Assembly (NCBI GenBank): GCA_030390025.1
Contig: CM059425.1
Location: 137,394,001 to 137,458,000, forward strand
Direction of reading: 5' to 3'
Length of the DNA: 64,000 nucleotides
Origin: Squalus acanthias
Lineage: Eukaryota
In this document: positions 62,687 to 64,000 of the stretch, in pieces
Layout of the letters: each line of letters opens with the position of its first letter
How positions within the stretch are numbered: the stretch's first letter is position 1
Made by a program: the position numbers and the translations under genes
The notes under the pieces: model-generated
Told to the model about the DNA's origin: nothing
The model's input: the letters and a program-made list of their open reading frames with translations, nothing else
The model's database searches: none

Positions 62687-64000
62687 CTTTTAAAAAGGAG
62701 GCACAGGACCCGTTTTCAACAAGGTAAGTGGCTAATTAAGTATAATTGAAATTTTTTTTCAACAGGTTTATCTTTTTTAGATACTTTTAAGAAAGGTAAG
62801 TTTATTTTTAGCACTGTTAAAAAGTATTTTAATTTTTTCAAAAATTTAAATTTTTGTTTAAAGTAGTTAATTTATTTAACTTATAGTTATTTTTTAAATG
62901 TGATGGTTTTAAAAAAAAAATATTTTAAGTTTAGCTGTTCTTTTGGGGCCGATTTCAATTCATAGATTTGACAGGTCTTCCTGTCAAATCTATGAATGAA
63001 AGATGTTCTGCTGCCATTGGCTCTCCATGGCCCACATGATCCCAGGGGACGCATTGCACTAACTGCGCCCCTGGGACACGCAAGCACTGCGCGCCGGCAC
63101 TTGGAGCAGGCCCAAGAGCTGAAGTTCCCGTGGGCCCAGAGTTCAACGGCAGGCGCGGTAGGTAAGTGCGCGCACGATCCTTACCCCCGCGGCAAGCCGG
63201 AGAGGCGAATTTCAGGGCCATTCACTAATAGAACGCATAAGGGTGATTAGTTGATTTCTTGATGTCATATTGGATGAATAGATCTATGAAGTTGGATTTT
63301 AAAGTTTGCTTTGTGATGGCTTTTATTTCAGCATTGTGGCCAAGAGGACGTTGTGATGGTCAGTAACAGAGGGACAGTAAGGTGTAGGACAAAAGTTGAA
63401 AGGGGAATTGGGGTTGTGGTAATTGGTACTGCAGGTAGATATCCCGGCCAGAAAGGAGCTGTCTGGGTTGCATCCTTCCTTCTGCTTCCTCCTCTTCTGC
63501 ATGCTGACTGAAGTCACCCTCTCTTCATTTACATTTCCATTGTCAGCGCTGCTATTGGCAGCGCTAAGGCCCTCACCAAACTGACGGCCGCTGAGTCCCA
63601 CGCCAGAATGGCGGCTGCCATTTTTCAACCAGATCGCGGCGGTAACTCGTGACGGTAAGTGGCCCAATTTCTAGGCCATTATTGTCCCAATCAATTTCTG
63701 TAAAGTTAAAATCTTCTATGACTATAGTTGATCCCTTACTTACCTCATCCCACAGTTGTAGATTAAGGCGTTCACCCTAGTCTGGGGGTCGACAGTATAT
63801 CCCCAGTAATAGTTTAACTTTGTAACCATCTATTAATTCAACCCTATCCCTTTGTTTATATCCTCTCTCACTTGTACCTCAATACTGCCACACCACCTCC
63901 TTTCTCCTGATACAGTCTCTTCGAAACAATGTATATCCTTCCAGATATGCACCCCATTGATTGGAATCATTCTACCATGTCTCTGTGATACTAATGGTGT

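Larger units (their letters stand above)
62353..63219 (+). mobile_element. Harbinger MITE nested in a Harbinger derivative
   Basis: Ends AGGCCAAAAATTCG / CGAATTTCAGGGCC. The flanks rejoin to match the uninterrupted 26709-26760 sequence. Confidence 0.8.
61085..63677 (+). mobile_element. Harbinger derivative with Myb remnant, interrupted by a MITE
   Basis: PRTWLQCPKKLHDIRPLVKV at 61643-61750. Right end CCAATTTCTAGGCC. Homolog of 25820-27372; the left boundary is approximate. Confidence 0.7.
53830..64000 (-). mobile_element. Fragmented CR1 LINE hosting several nested insertions
   Basis: 3' UTR at 53830-54010 and 55753-55950. RT at 58770-59990 (NYRPVSL, YLDFSKAFDTV, GVPQGFVLGP, FTDDTK). Further pieces at 60831-61080 and 63680-64000 are in the expected order. 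Confidence 0.7.

Overview
This is a repeat-saturated, non-coding (intergenic or intronic) stretch of a vertebrate genome. The repeat families point to a cartilaginous fish (shark): HER1-like and other CR1 LINEs, Deu-domain tRNA SINEs, Neptune-type Penelope-like elements (PLEs) and PIF/Harbinger transposons. I found no host protein-coding exon that I can support. The main content is: (1) a young, near-complete PLE at 5093-10340 with an inverted 5' arm, pseudo-LTRs (pLTRs), a 13-bp target-site duplication (TSD) and an RT + GIY-YIG ORF; (2) ten minimal type-I hammerhead ribozyme (HHR) motifs from two PLE families, several carried on tiny (about 90-210 bp) TSD-flanked non-coding inserts, one of which landed inside the RT gene of its own parent family; (3) many Harbinger elements and MITEs with GGG/GGC-starting terminal inverted repeats (TIRs) and 3-bp TSDs; (4) a probable 576-bp solo LTR; (5) several levels of nested insertion; (6) low-complexity and minisatellite tracts. 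Family names come from recognising motifs by eye, not from database searches, and boundaries of degenerate elements are approximate.
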